Source: Prorocentrum cordatum
Taxonomy: Eukaryota
Assembly (NCBI GenBank): GCA_963575745.1
Contig: CAUYUJ010000089.1
Coordinates: 1 to 64,000, forward strand
Reading direction: 5' to 3'
Length of the DNA: 64,000 nt
The notes under the pieces are model-generated. The model was not told the DNA's origin. It saw nothing but the letters and a program-made list of their open reading frames with translations, and ran no database searches. A program made the position numbers and the translations under genes. Within the stretch, counting starts at the first letter, position 1; each line of letters begins with the position of its first letter. Positions 63,911-64,000 of the stretch are shown here, piece after piece.

Positions 63911-64000
63911 CTCTGAGAAGGGCTCGACGAACGCACCACGTCATTTGGTCGGCCGAGAAGCTCGGTCTACAGACGCTCCAGCTGCCCAGCCTTGAGTGGC

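Overview
GC-rich, repeat-dense eukaryotic DNA. GC and GA splice donors, AG|G acceptors and the repeat families point to a dinoflagellate (Prorocentrum-like; inference). There are no prokaryotic features, RNA genes or CRISPR arrays. Main contents: (1) 0.7-15 kb: decayed spliced genes and a degenerate, intron-containing CMC/Plavaka-like DDE transposase (10179-12458), with several long palindromes. (2) Three satellite arrays (77-bp, 90-bp, and a different 90-bp unit), each wrapped in the same Helentron/HINE-like terminal architecture with co-varying subterminal motifs. (3) A multi-exon minus-strand gene of unknown function entering from the right edge; its predicted last intron (~21 kb) contains an otherwise intronless MFS (DHA1/TetA-like) transporter gene and a decayed copia-order LTR retrotransposon. 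That element runs gag-CCHC, RING, protease, cytosine-MTase-like domain, integrase. (4) Many 130-350 bp foldback MITEs, four with exact 5-bp TSDs; one sits in frame in the MFS 3' end and creates GT..AG ends (Introner-like). All calls are by eye, without database searches.
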